Of a DNA stretch of 64,000 bases, positions 1 to 13,308 are shown piece by piece (within the stretch, counting starts at the first letter, position 1; each line of letters opens with the position of its first letter). A program made the translations under genes and the position numbers. Source of the DNA: Cycas panzhihuaensis (lineage: Eukaryota; Plantae; Cycadophyta); the NCBI GenBank assembly GCA_023213395.1, contig CM041465.1, positions 219,115,741-219,179,740 of the forward strand, in the 5' to 3' direction. Below the pieces are notes generated by a model that saw nothing but the letters and a program-made list of their open reading frames with translations, had not been told where the DNA came from and ran no database searches.

Positions 1-989
1 ACTAAATAAATAAAGGCATCTATTTGCCCCAAGGCCTCTAAGAAGAGGACTCTTTAATTGGGATAACTCCATAAGATGTCCATTATGGACATCCCCATGA
101 AGATAGTATAAAGTTCTCTAATAATTAAGAAATCCTTCCATTTTCCCATGGGTTGAGGTATGGCCTACTTAGAATCATAATATCCTAGTCAGATTGGTAT
201 GGTCTTAGGCATGACTAGGATCTCAGTCAAAAGATTCTCTGAAGAGCTTAGTTGTTGTGAGGTGGAGGCTTTATTGGCATCCTTTACTACTTATGATCAA
301 GTAATGAGAGACATGAGTTGTCTCAAGTAGCTAGATAATCCTCCTACCCTTAGTCTTGGGCTATGAGGATGTTGTAGGTTGAGTCATAGGGCTTGAAGGA
401 GTGGAGTTATCCATTGGACCCTTCCCCTTGGATTAATTTGATAGAGGAGGATGAAGAGTTCCCTTTTGCCCCCTAGTTCACCACTTTTATTACTGGGGAC
501 TCTAATCTTGTTCCTCGTGATTGGGGAATGGATCTTGATGGATAGGTTACTCTAAGTTAGGCTTGGAAATAGTTTAAGAAGGAGGATCATGTGCTAGGGC
601 TAATTTGGGGTGTTGGGTCCAAGTCCTCAAATTTTCATGAGTGTATTTGCCATGGACTACACACCACTTCTTTTTAGGAGGAGGTCACATCCTCTTCCCT
701 TATGAAGGTTAATCAGATTCATTCTTAGGTGGTGGGGTTTGGGTAGATTGGTGAACCTGTTGATAACCTTATGAAGGAGCATATAGATAAGGCATAAATT
801 GAGACAATTGTAGCTTTAAATATCTTATCATTTGCTCAAAAGAGCGAACAACAAAGGTGAGGGATTTAAGGTCTTATCAATCATGCTAACATAGGGCCTA
901 AAATATTGTTGTTACCCCTTTTGGTCATGTGGGGGAGACAATGCCTTACAATGTTATGTGTTCTTATTTATCTTCTTGAGATTGGCTTG

Positions 990-1601
990 TATATTAATAG
1001 ACCTAAGGGCCAAGCACTTGGATATGGCTAATTCACATGTAGTTACCCCTATTTTGAGGACCTCTATATGAACTTTAAGGCATAAAGTATTCATGAAAAT
1101 ATCTCTCTTTAAATCCTTTGACAACGTGGCCTTGGAGGAATGGAGGAGATCATGGAACCTACAAATGAAGTCCCAGTTTAATTAATCTTAGCCTTATTTA
1201 ATTGAAAGTAGGGCTTTAACCCCATTCTCAAATGGCCACACTACATCAAAGTAGTTGATAAAAGTATCAACTAGATATTAGAAGGTTGAGACTAAATGGG
1301 AAGATAGGTGGTAGAACTACTTTAGAGTATCTCCTTAGAGAGACCTAGGGAATAACTTCATTAGAATTTGGTCATATGCCCAATAATTGATACATGCCAT
1401 ACCAAATGCCCTGCCATGATCAATAGGGTTATGAGAAGAAGTTCCTTCGAATTTAGTCACTTTGGGAGGATGGGGAGATAAGTTGGTATATAATACCTCC
1501 ACAAACAAAGGGATTGACCTATAGTTAACGAAGAGGCATACCCCCAATTGAGCTAAAGGATCTACAGGAGGATAGGTAGTAGGAGGATAAGTATACCCCA
1601 C
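990..1601 (-). pseudogene. gag: Degenerate Gypsy gag core (Retrotrans_gag-like), element A
   Basis: ORF 1335-1601 plus manual extension through stops; aligns residue by residue with element B gag. Confidence 0.8.
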
Positions 1602-2804
1602 CTTTATATGTGGTGGGTAAGGAGGGGTGTTATAGGGGACATACCCCTCTTAACAAGGGGCATAGGAGGATAAGGGATAAGGGATCCCTCCCGCTTGATA
1701 AGAAGAAATGGGTCCCAAGTGGAGATAAGTTAAATATAGGGGTGGGCAAGGGTACCTTGGCCCATTACATATTCACATAGCGTAGGTAGAGGGGACATGA
1801 GTTAATGCCCTTGGAGGAATGCACACATAGTGAGGTGGCACATGGGGTGCCATTAGTCCTCCTCGAGAGAGGACCAAAGGTGGGATGGATTGAAAAATTT
1901 GGGAGGAAGGATGAGGTAATGGGTTTTGGCCAAAAGGCCCTCCTATAGGAGGGGCAACCCCATAAGGGTGGAGTGGCAGTACAAAAGTAGTAATGGGTTA
2001 TGGAATGGATTTTTATAGTGGAGGCATACCAGTCATAGCTTGAGTAACTTGTGTGCCTTATGATATTTGTTCATTCAATGGGGGACCTATAGAAGTAGGC
2101 ATGGAAGTGCCCTCCTAAAGAGATGATGTGGTTTCTTGAATAAACATAGGAGGGGGAATGATGGAAGAGGTTTGTTATTGAAATAAAAAGTAACTAGTGT
2201 GCCTATTCGGGGGTAACCTGACTAGTTGTTTCTTTAAAGGATGCCCTTAAGGCCTCCACTACATCCTGAGGTGGGGTGTGGATTTGGTCAAGAGAAGAGG
2301 TATGCTTTTCTTATTAATCAGGATAAAATAAGAGGGGGATGGAATCCTACTCAGAATATTAAGTAGAGTCTTGAGGTTGAGGACCCCTGATGATGTGTGT
2401 GTGAGAGGCCATATGGTCATGGTAGACTTCAGGTTGCTCATAGACATGATATGATGGGTACCCACTAGCATATGAAGGATCCTTATATGGATATGGGGCT
2501 TTAAAGTGAGGCCAATCTTGGGAATATAAATCATAGGCACAATCAGACAAATATCTCTCTATTAGTAACTCTTAGTCACTCAATATAATGGGGAAGTAGC
2601 TTGGTCATCTCTCCAATGGAAGCAAGCTGTACAAGTGATGAGAGAAATGTCACATTCATAGGTTAACTTGCTCCAATTGGATAAATAAATAGGAAGTAGG
2701 GGTAGGATGCATATACATTACTATTTAATGCCCTAAACAAACTCAAAACAAAGGAGGAAGTGGATGGAATGCCTAAAAGCTTCTAAAGGCATTCATACGG
2801 GCAA

Positions 2805-2823
2805 GTCCCCAATATGGTCACCA
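2805..2823 (-). promoter_or_regulatory. Primer binding site of element A (TGGTGACCATATTGGGGAC; Ogre/Tat tRNA-Arg-like)
   Basis: Matches element B PBS (TGATGACCATACTAGGGAC) at the equivalent position upstream of gag. The tRNA assignment rests on recalled Ogre/Tat PBS consensus. Confidence 0.7.
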
Positions 2824-5800
2824 ATAAAATGTGCCAAAAGGTTAGGGTAATAACATTGGTATACTTTTGAGTGTTGTGTAATACGTACAATACAAAAGTC
2901 TCAACATGTGAGGCAGATCTTATGGTGCCAATTTAGGCATTTATACACTTCTTGAGTATGGTGGTAAGGAAATTCACATTATTAACCTAGGAAGTTAAAC
3001 AAAGGGTAGATTGTTTAGGTTCATGTATATTGGAATCAGTTTGTAGTTGTGTTGAAATGAATATTTACCTTTTTGTTTTGTTTCCTTTTAGTCTTTTCTA
3101 CCAAACCTAAGGCAAACTAAGGGGTATAAACTACACACACCTAATGCAAACTATATATGTTTTCTTCTTTCCATGCATACAATCAATACCCTATTCTAGC
3201 CCTTATGGCATATCCCCTTGCAAATTTAGGACTCATAATAATACGATCCCTCCTCACATCTTGGATTTATGAAATAAGTAAGCAATTAAATATACTCCTT
3301 ACTCTTATTATGCAATATACTTATAAATAATAAAAAGAAAAGAAGAAAATGCAACCCTTTTTCCTTTCCTTTTATTTTATTTATTTATTTTTAGAGGGGG
3401 GGAGAGAGAGAAGGAGGTGTGAGTATACAAAGCTTTTCCTTTTTTTCTTTTTCATTTATTTTTCTTATTTTTTTATGAAAAGAATGTAAGGGAGGAAAAA
3501 GAGAGTAGAAAACAAAATAATATGCCCTTTTCTTTTCTTTTTTTTCATTTCTTTTCTTTCTCAAAATACAAAACAAAGTAAAAAATGTTTTGCAATATTT
3601 TCCTTTTCCATTGTTTCTTATTTATTTATTTAATAAGATGTAAGCAATAATTCAAACCAACTAGGGTATACCTAGCAAGATAAATGTTGCAATAGCCCAA
3701 ATCTTCTCTTTGACATATCAAGGATTCTCCTAAGAGAGCAAAATAAGAAACAAGATAATACTAACAAGATCTAAGAAAATTTTGGTAGTGTTTCTACCTA
3801 CTAAAAGTAATTGTAATGAAAGAAAAAGAATGATACAAGGATGAAATTTAAAGGAACAAAATAGAAATAAAGTATTTCTTTACCTCCCTAAAGCTATGGT
3901 TAATATTTTAGGCTACTATGGGTTGCTTAGAGAATGTATATAGCTTTGAGATCTTGCGGCCTTCCTTTCCTCTCCCACACACATGTTAATAGCTTGTAAG
4001 ATGAGAAATCTTATAAGAAATCCAATGCTAATAATATATATATCTCACAAATGGTTAATAAGAAAATAGTTCAAGCATAAGAAGCAATTTCTAATCTATA
4101 AGATAAAATGAAAGGGATTGGTGGAGGTGCCTCAAAATGGCTACTATCCCTTAATATATCATAGGGTCCCTAAGAGTACTTAGGTATCATCCCCTACTTG
4201 CAACTCTTTTAGGCAATGAGCAAGGTAATAAATGAAGGGGAAGAGGAAACATACACCGAATAGATGAAGTAAAATTATGAAACCAAGGGAAAATAACTAG
4301 TAAATCCTACCATTCAACCATATAATAGTGGCATGAATATGGTAATAAATGGAGGAAGAAAGGATAACTACAACAATAAGAAGTGGCTTACCTATACCTT
4401 TTGGAGAATCAATGGGCATAGTTATTGTTTCTTTCCTTCAAGGACTCCTAAGTTGCTTATGGTATTATGCTTCAAATCTCTAAGTGGGTTCTAACAGTGT
4501 AGATCAAGTGCTAAGTTTCTTTAGAAAATTTAACAACATACTGATAGGGTCTCACAATCTCTCAAGTCTCATCCTCTACTTTGAAAAAAAGAGGGCATTA
4601 TATAGAAAAAATCAAAGTAAGGGGTTGGTGGTTTTTTTCCAACAATGTGGAGAAAACCATCAACCTAAAACCATAAGTTTTACTTATGGTTGAGTGATTT
4701 GGCTTGGGAGAAGCAAGATCTAGGAGTATTTATGTCTCTTGGCCTCCCAAATCTGACATGGGCCAACATAAGGCCAATGCAGTCTACCCAAGCCTGACAA
4801 TCAAACATTAATGAGTAGACTATCACCATAAATCTTGAATGTAACTTGGTGACAATCATATCGCAAATATATTCATGGTACCATTATTACAAGAAAAAAT
4901 TAAAGTAGTATACAATAATTTATTTATTTTTTTAATAAATAATCATAGAACTAGGCTACAAACTCACTAATGGCAGACCCTAGGAGAAGTCATAGTTAAT
5001 AATAAGTGGCAAAGTGATGAAACCAAAGCCTAATGGGAAAAAATATAACAAAATTCAATATGGAAAGAAAGTTGCAAGTAAGGGGGTGACACTATTTCTA
5101 ACCTATAAAGCCTAATGGGTGGACTAAATGGCCATGGACCAAAGTTATACTTGTCATTAACATAGAGAGGGCATGGATAAATAGACAAGCAAACTAACCA
5201 AGCATACATCAATTATCTAATATTAAACTAAAAGCTATAGAATATGAGAAGAGTTGAGAGGCATACTTGTACTTACCTATTTATTTTCATATCCAAGTTC
5301 ATTCTTAGAAGTTGGGAAATAATATCTATGTTTTTTCTCCAATGATTTAGATAACACCCAAATCTAACTTCATATGAAAAAGTTATGCTCAAAACAATGT
5401 CATCATGTCATAAAAAGTGTTTTGGGGATAATAGTAATGCTTATTACTAAAATGATTATGACTATTTATTTTGATATCCAATTGAATTAAAACCACTTCT
5501 AATAGAAAGTAGACTTCAATATGTACCTATTCCTAAAGAAAATTCAATTAGACACTTGTATCCCCTATTATGGCCATTTAAAATTATGGTAACAGATTTT
5601 CTACCCTATAGTGGGTTGATCTTGAAATATTTATATCTTTTATAATTTTATTCTAAACCCCCATAACATAACCACCTAAAATCTATAACATAGGTCTATT
5701 TATCTTAAATATATAGTTGATTCTTCTAAATTTAATCATTTGCATCTCCAAAATTATAGATCTTTAATAAAACACTCATTTTTTAAGTTTTAAAAACTCT

Positions 5801-6311
5801 TCACATAAATATCTTTAAATATATTGATCTAACCCTAACTACATACCTATAACTATTTTGTGTCTTGCTTAAAAAACACAAGGAATCTTTATAAAGTTAT
5901 AATTCTCTATAAGATCACAACATTAAAATAATATAAACCTTTATTTTTTAATTATCTTTTAACAATAATAATTGATTTTTTATTTTAAAATACTAATAAA
6001 AGGTATTAAAATCCACAAATAAATGTAGATAAAAATATCCATAAATCAAGCAAGGTGTGAGAGATTTATTTATCAACAAGTGATAACTTGATTCTCCTCT
6101 ATAAAGTGATTAGTCCTACATCGAGACTCTATTCCTCTTCTTTATCATCAATCATCAAACATGGACTCTATGCAAATACCTCTGTACTTATGGATATAGG
6201 TGCCATATGCATAAATATATATCTATAAAATTCCATAATACTACTTATCAATATGGAAATTTCATCTTCAATTCTTCATCATATCTTCATCTTCATGTCT
6301 CATATAACTCA
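2824..6311 (-). repeat. Probable 5' LTR of element A, left part (interrupted by Copia-1)
   Basis: Non-coding sequence directly upstream of the PBS on the minus strand. No partner LTR in the window, so boundaries are unverified and it may include other fragments. Confidence 0.45.
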
Positions 6312-6622
6312 TGAAAGAGGTTGGTGTATCAAGGTCATTTGTATAGATTAATTAAGTGACCTTAGGATATATTGTTAGCATTAATCTCTTAGTGAAATAC
6401 ACTTAATGTGAATTTAAATGTAATTTTAGGTTCATGTCATTATGCGAGAAAATCTTAACCCTAATACCCACCCTTAATAATAAAAGGTGAAATCTCAAGG
6501 AGGGAGTCATTATTCATTCTCACCTCTAAGCTTGCTCTCATATCTTATTTCATCTCATTTTCATTCTCCATTGCCATTGTGTGCATGTGAGTGATTTATT
6601 TCCTAGATCTATTCTTCCTTAA
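6312..6622 (+). repeat. Copia-1 5' LTR
   Basis: TGAAAGAGGT...CTTCCTTAA; about 89% identical to 31821-32132 by manual count. Confidence 0.95.
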
Positions 6623-6624
6623 TG

Positions 6625-6636
6625 TGGTGTTAGAAC
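6625..6636 (+). promoter_or_regulatory. Copia-1 PBS, degenerate tRNA-iMet type (TGGTGTTAGAAC vs TGGTATCAGAGC)
   Basis: Lies 2 bp after the 5' LTR; differs from consensus by three transitions. Confidence 0.8.
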
Positions 6637-8457
6637 TAGAAGGGGATCTATTGACTCCATTCCACTTACATGGAGTCATTTTGCTTCTCATTCACCTTCA
6701 ATATGAAATATTGAGAGTGCACTCATCATTTTTAAAAATTTGAGAGCTGAAAATTATATTAATTTATATGTTTCTACTTTCTCTATGTGTGCAAAATTTC
6801 AAAGTTGAAAAATATATGATTTAGAAGTCATTTGGTTGCCGGAACAATCCCGAAAACATTAAAAGGCCTAAAATTTTATGAAAAATTTGACCATCTCATA
6901 TTTTTATGAAATTTGGTATGAAGGGTTGCCTTACTAAGAAGATCATTTTTGTCTTCCAGAGTAGCTTTAGATTTAGCCTATAATAGTGAGTTTTGGCTAA
7001 AATAAAAGGTTAAAATTTGTAGATAAATAGCTTAAGGCACTTTTCCCAATGAAATCCTTTAAACATAAGCTAAAAATCTGAAAATTTTTGTAAGGGATTT
7101 AGTAGATTTATGTCTTAGGAGTATTTTAAGGAAAATCTCATCAAATTTCATCCATCAGTTAGTGAGATCTTTGTAGTTTTCTCACGGTTGCTGAATTTGT
7201 TTACTCAACCCTACAAAAGACATTGTGAGGGCATTTCATGCCATTTTTTGGATGATTTTGGAGATGGAGTATAATTAAAAGTTAATATACATGTTAAGAT
7301 ACAACTTTTAACATATTAAAGTCTAGAGTCTGAGACAATAGATCTGACAAAATTATGTTTTTGTGTTTTTTTTGAGCAAAATGTTTTTATGCCTTTTCAG
7401 AAATTTGACTTTAGTAATCTATTAGAAATAACATTCAGAATACTTTTTTCTTCTACCATAAATTCAAATTCCATCATTTAGGCTTGTATATTTATAATTT
7501 TTAGAAAATTTTACCTATTTATTATTATTTATAAATTTTGTAAAAAAATCACAAAATAGGGCAAAATAGCATACATCTAGATTTTAAAAAATCAATAATT
7601 TAGTGGCAAGATGATCCACTTTTTATTCTTTTGTGGCTTTTGTATTAAAATTTCTAAAAACATATTTGGAAACATTGTACTAAAGCAAATGAAACCTTGG
7701 ATTGGAAGCAACATCTGGTTCCCCTACTAAATCTAGTATGCTTTTTCTATTTGCACACATAGCATAAAGCATCACATAAAGTAGCAACAACAATAAAGCA
7801 ATCATGGAAAGAAAGTAAGCACATTTGGTAACTTTCTATTTTAGTTTTTAGTTATTCAAACATAATTTACATTATTCCTAAAAGGAATATCATCCGTATG
7901 ATTTATACCGCCAATTCTTCACTTGTGTGCACACTCACCTTAGTTGAAATAGACCAAGATTGGCCAAAGTCCAAGCCCTAAGGGAGGAGTGAGTTTTATA
8001 CTAGGTTTAGTCTTAATCAGAATAGTGGTTAAGGGATAAGTTAGCCATACCTATGGCCTCCAATTAGGGATAATCCTGATAACCACCTAGGAAAACTGTA
8101 AACCTTAATGCAAGATTAAAATTAACTTAATCTAATATCTATCATAGCCATGGGATATGCACATACTATTTGACTATTCAGAGGAGGTATATAGTTGTTC
8201 ACTAGTAAACTAAGTGAGGACTGGGAATACCTGGGTTCCACTGTAACTTGGATTTCATCACCAAGCACAGGTGCAGGTATCGTAGGTGAAGGCCCTAATC
8301 ATATACTAGAAGCCTTAGGTATCAAAACCTCACCTATATTTAGACATAAGTTAAAGGTTAGTGGCACAACACATAACCACTCTTTACCAACTCTACATTA
8401 GGCCTCATTCTTGCATCATTACTTATACTCATTTTTTATAGTTATTGAAAAATAGAT

Positions 8458-8562
8458 AATCATTGCTCGCTTCTCATCATAGCATTCATTTCTGCATCTC
8501 TGTTATTAAAAAATACTTAATCATTGCTTGCTTCTCATCATAGCATTCATTTCTACATCTCT
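8458..8562 (+). repeat. 61-bp tandem duplication in the Copia-1 leader
   Basis: AATCATTGCTYGCTTCTCATCATAGCATTCATTTCTRCATCTCT occurs twice with 61-bp period. Confidence 0.85.
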
Positions 8563-8637
8563 ACTACGCTAGGTGTACTAGCCACATGTGTCAATGGAAC
8601 TTACTTCTATCATATCTTTTACTTCTTCATCATCACC

Positions 8638-11600
8638 ATGTCATCTCAATTCAAGTAAAATATCTACATATTGAAAGGTAAAGAAAATTGGGTTTTGTCG
8701 TATGCTAGAGTTAAAAATATTATAAAGTATAAAGGCCTTTGGAGAGCCCACTTGTAACCTACATCTATCATACTTGTAGTAGCTACAACACCTGCTTTTA
8801 GTGGATCTACTCCAACATCTCCTATAGATGCCACAACCAAACTACAATGCGAGATAAATGATCAAAAGATTCATGCAGAAATTCTATTGGTTACTAATCA
8901 CTCCTTGCACAACTTAATTAATGAAGAGCAACATGATACAGCCTGGAAGGTCCTTTAAGTTCTCAAGAAGAACTTTGATACCAAGTCAGATTTAGAATTT
9001 ATTCATCTTGTTCTGAAAATGAACAAATTAAAAATGTAGAAGGGATGATCTCATGAGACAATAAATCTCCTTCAACCAATAAAATAAACAATTGATAAAA
9101 ATTTAAAGACCCAATGTATCACTTGGGTATTTTGGATCTAATCATGTCTACGTCCCTAATTATAAAAACTTACTTACAAGTCTTCAATCTAGTGGAACAT
9201 TGAAGAAACTCAACTTTGAAGCACTTGTCAAGAGGTTCATAGAATTTGACAAGACCTTTGATACCAACTTTATAGCCTTTGAATCTCTTCTAGATGTAGC
9301 ATTTGAGGTGGAAGAAGAAGCTTGCTACATAAAAAATCAAGATCTCTCTCATGGTAGAGAAAATAATCAAGCAAGAGGAAGAGGAAGAAACATGGGAAAT
9401 CATCTACAAGGTCAACTAAACCCTTAGTCACAGCCTCGATAGCCTCAAAGCTAGGGGCCACCTCAACAAAGAGTAAGATAGTCAGGCTAAACTAGTACCT
9501 CTTTAGGGACTGGCAATTAAACTATTATGTGTGATTAGTGTAATCATAAAGGACACTTTGCAAAAGATTATAAAACTACCACTTTTAAGTTGGCCAAGTT
9601 CCAACCAAAACATAGAGCTCATAATGTTGAAGAAACTTGTGAAGAATCCTTTAGTAGTGCAAGTTTTATATAAACACACTTTCAAAGAATTGAGGGATCT
9701 TTAATATCAAATACTATTGACCAACCAAAGAGATACTCTAAAGCTTGATGTGGATATATCACTTATAAATCCCCTTCACTAATGCCAATCCCTATTGGAA
9801 TTACAAATAGTGTGGCTTCAATTGATAGATAACGGATCATGGATACATGAGCAACTCAACATATGACATGCAATCGTAGTCTATATCAAATATTTGACTC
9901 AAATGTTTAAGGAGTTATTCATATGGCTAATAAATCACAATAACTTGTTGAAGGAATTGGTAACATATGCCTGAAACTCCCAGGCTTAAGAGATTTTACA
10001 TTGCTTGATGTCTTATATATACCCAATCTCAAACAAAATCTACTCTCCTTATCCACATTTTCTCTCGTGGATTTAATCTAAGTGTACCTGTGAATGACCA
10101 AACTCTCTAGGTCATTCACTCTCTAACTAATCGAGTGGTCTTGATTGGACATCTCTTTAGCAAACTCTTTCTACTAAATGGCTCTCCATCTTTTGAAGTC
10201 CATTGTGCCTAAATCCCTTGTGCTGATTAACAATTTACATTTAACTCCATCCTGACCCACCCAACATTGTTACCATAAGCTCTTTGGCATATTCACATAG
10301 GCTATGTTCACATTCATTGACTTAGAGATCTTTGTAACACTCTTCAAAATCTTCCAGAGTTCTCCTCCAATCCCTTCAAATGTGAAGCTTGTATCATTGC
10401 TAAATCTCATTGACAACCCTTTCGTAAAAGTCAGTGGAAATAGAGTCATCTATTACAATTAGTACACTCTGATCTATATGGACCAATTCTCATTCCTTCA
10501 CTGAAGGGCAAGTTATAGTGCATCTCTTTCATTGATGATTTCACTAGAAAAGTATAGGTAGCCTTTTTACACAAGAAAGATGTAGCCTTCCATGTATTCA
10601 AAGAATTCAAAGCCCACACTAAAAAAGAGTTAGGTTATCAATTCAAATATCTTTGAACTGATAATGGTGGCAAATATACCTCACATGAGTTTGAAAGCTA
10701 CCTTTAAGACAATGGCATCAAATGTCAAACAATAGTAGTAGGTACCTCACAGTAAAATAGAGTTGCCGAGTGCATGAACAAGACAATCATAAACATGGCT
10801 TGAGTTATGTTAGTATACAAAAATGTACCCACCTACCTATGGGCCAAAGCCATTTGGATAACTATTTATTATATCAATGTTATTAGTCCATCAAAGGAAG
10901 AGAAATCACCCAATAAAAATCCATCAAGATAAGCCCCAATTATTTACTACTTTAAAATTTTTGGCTCTACATGTTATATCCATATTCTGGATGCAGATCG
11001 AAATAAACTCCATCCAAGGGCACTTAAAGGTATCTTTATTGGATACCCTATGGATAAGAAAAGGTATAAGGTCTTTATACCTTCACAATAAAAAATCATT
11101 ATTACTAGAGATATTATTTTTGCACAGATAAAGGATCAGTTGCTTAGACTAGACTCCAAAATACCCTTACACCACTATAATAATGTTATTAAGTATGATG
11201 TTCAGATTCTAAAATTTAGGGGGGAAGACATAAATTACTCCAAATATTGGAAGTTGACAATAGAGCCTTGGAGAATACAAGTTATGACTCTAAATTGATG
11301 AATGTACATTCAACATCATCCCTTGAAGATAGTAGAGTTGACAAAGGCAAAGCTATTATAGAAGAATTATTCTCTCCACCGTCAATTGATAAAGGGAAAA
11401 TAGTGGTAGAAGGACCATCTTCCTTAGGCGCATCAACATCCTCCTCACAAAATGATCATTTTAATGAACAAGATGAGAACCAAGAAGTTGAGGAAATGAG
11501 GACTTCATTCCTAACTTAAGGATCTTCAGAAGCCCACCAGCTCAATAAGGACATATGACTAGATGAGGTGGGAAAAACTAGCACTCGAAGTGCCCATAGA

Positions 11601-13050
11601 GCAAGGATATAGGAATTATTATATACTAAGCTTGAACCAATAGAACTGCACCTTACTTTTAATGAAGATCCCCTCTCATACTAAGAAGTTATAAAATATA
11701 CAGTCTAGAGAAATGCAATGAATAAAGAATACCAATATCTCATAAAAAATGGTACATTGAAGTCTTTACACCTATAACCAAGTGGCCTACAATTAGAACT
11801 CTTATGGCCTTGGCTGCTCAACAAAGTTGAAAAATCCACCAACTCGATATTAAGACTACATTTCTCAATGGAGATCTTAAAGAAGAAATTTATATGGATC
11901 AGCTAGAAGGATATGAGATTAAAGGTTAAGAGCATAAGGTTTGCAGGCTCAGAATGTCCTTGTATGACCTTAAATAAGCCCCCCATGCTTGGTTTGCCAA
12001 GTTGCCTGAAAGAATGAGACAACTTGGATATGAGATTTGTAACTACCAATATATTGATGTAACATTATTCATCAAGCGCCAAAAGGATAAAGTCAATTAT
12101 CTCATAATCTTTGTGGATGACATGCTAGTAATAGGTAATAGTGAATAGGTAATAAGCCATCTAAAAAAGGACCTTGGCAAAATGTTTGAATTATTTGACC
12201 TCAGCTTGATGAAATATTACTTGGGAATTGAAGTAACACAAAAGAATTGAAAAAATTTTCTCTCCCAAGAAAAATACATCAACGATCTTCTAACCAAGTT
12301 TTAGTTAGAAGATGCTTGACTAGTGGCTTTATATATAGACCCTAATACCAAACTCTCAGCTAATGGCAACACTAGGGAGGTAGACACAATACTCTATAGG
12401 AAACTTGTAGGTAGTCTTATCTACACTACCAATACAAGGCCAGATATTGCACACTATATGGTATTCATATATGATTCATGACAAATCCTAAGCAGAATCA
12501 CTGAAAGGCTGTAGTTCGAGTGTTAAAATACCTAAAGACAACTAACAAATTTAGTCTATTGTATGAACCTAATAATGAATTTAAGCTTTTTGCATACATA
12601 GAATCAGACTTTGCAGGAGATAAAGATACAAGAAGATCTATGTATGGGTATGTAACATTTCTTTGAACAACACCAATATCATGGAGATCAAGATAAAAGA
12701 AGATAGTTGGTGATTCAATTGCCGAAGTTGAATATGTTACTACTTCTAAGACTAGCAGAGAGGTTATATGATTTAGAAAATTATTGGAAATATTGAATAT
12801 CACCCAAATAAGTCCTACCAACCTTCGTGTGGATAATCAATCAATAATCCATATGGGTAAAAATCCTGTATTTCATGATTGTACTAGACATATAAGTATG
12901 AAAGTCCACAAGATTAGAGAACTTATTCAAATTCAACTAGAATACTACCCCACAGTAGATCAAGTAGTCAATATCTTTACCAAACTATTGTAAAAGGTGA
13001 AGTTTGAACAATTTCGAACGTGGCTCAGCCTTAGGGCCTCCATCTTCGAC
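8638..13050 (+). pseudogene. Copia-1 gag-pol pseudogene (gag ~8638-9590, protease ~9830-10070, integrase ~10280-11120, RT ~11660-12430, RNase H ~12590-13030)
   Basis: Motifs LKGKENW (gag start), zinc knuckle ~9525-9570, WIMDT*ATQHMT (PR), LWH...GYVH, CEACIIAK, LVHSDLYGP, L*TDNGGKY (INT), [14 protein letters not shown] and IFVDDML (RT), ESDFAGD and VDNQS...NPVFHDCTRHI (RH). Many stops and frameshifts. Confidence 0.93.
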
Positions 13051-13308
13051 TAATCAAAGAAGATGGTGACAGGATCATCATACTCTATTCTATTCATGAA
13101 AACCACTTGTGGGCATGGAATAATAAGAGTAAGTATCTACTCTATTATATTTGTGAAAACCCCATGTAGGCATGGAAGGATAAGGGTTGTATTTGTTTTG
13201 GAAAATCAAAACCTGTGAAAACCTAAAAGGACATAAGGGATGACTAAATGGTATATGGAGACTTAATAGATTAAGCTTCATATTTAAGCTACTTGGCTAT
13301 CAGGCTAC

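Larger units (their letters stand above)
1..2823 (-). mobile_element. Ty3/Gypsy Tat-like retrotransposon A, 5' internal part (gag region; continues off the left edge)
   Basis: Minus-strand translation of ~990-1510 gives a retrotransposon gag domain (PHPPKVTKFEGTSSHNPIDH...LMKLFPRSL*GDTLK*FYHL...RFHDLLHSSKATLSKDLKREIFMNTL) collinear with element B gag at 26465-27020. Bases ~60-140 resemble B at ~25630-25690. A PBS lies at 2805-2823. Confidence 0.85.

Noticed and set aside
3330-3640. Lys/Phe-rich ORF 3391-3576 and local A/T inverted symmetry
   Set aside because: Low-complexity A- and T-tracts; not evidence for coding or a MITE.
8195-8401. 68-aa ORF in the Copia-1 leader
   Set aside because: Non-ATG start and no recognisable homology.
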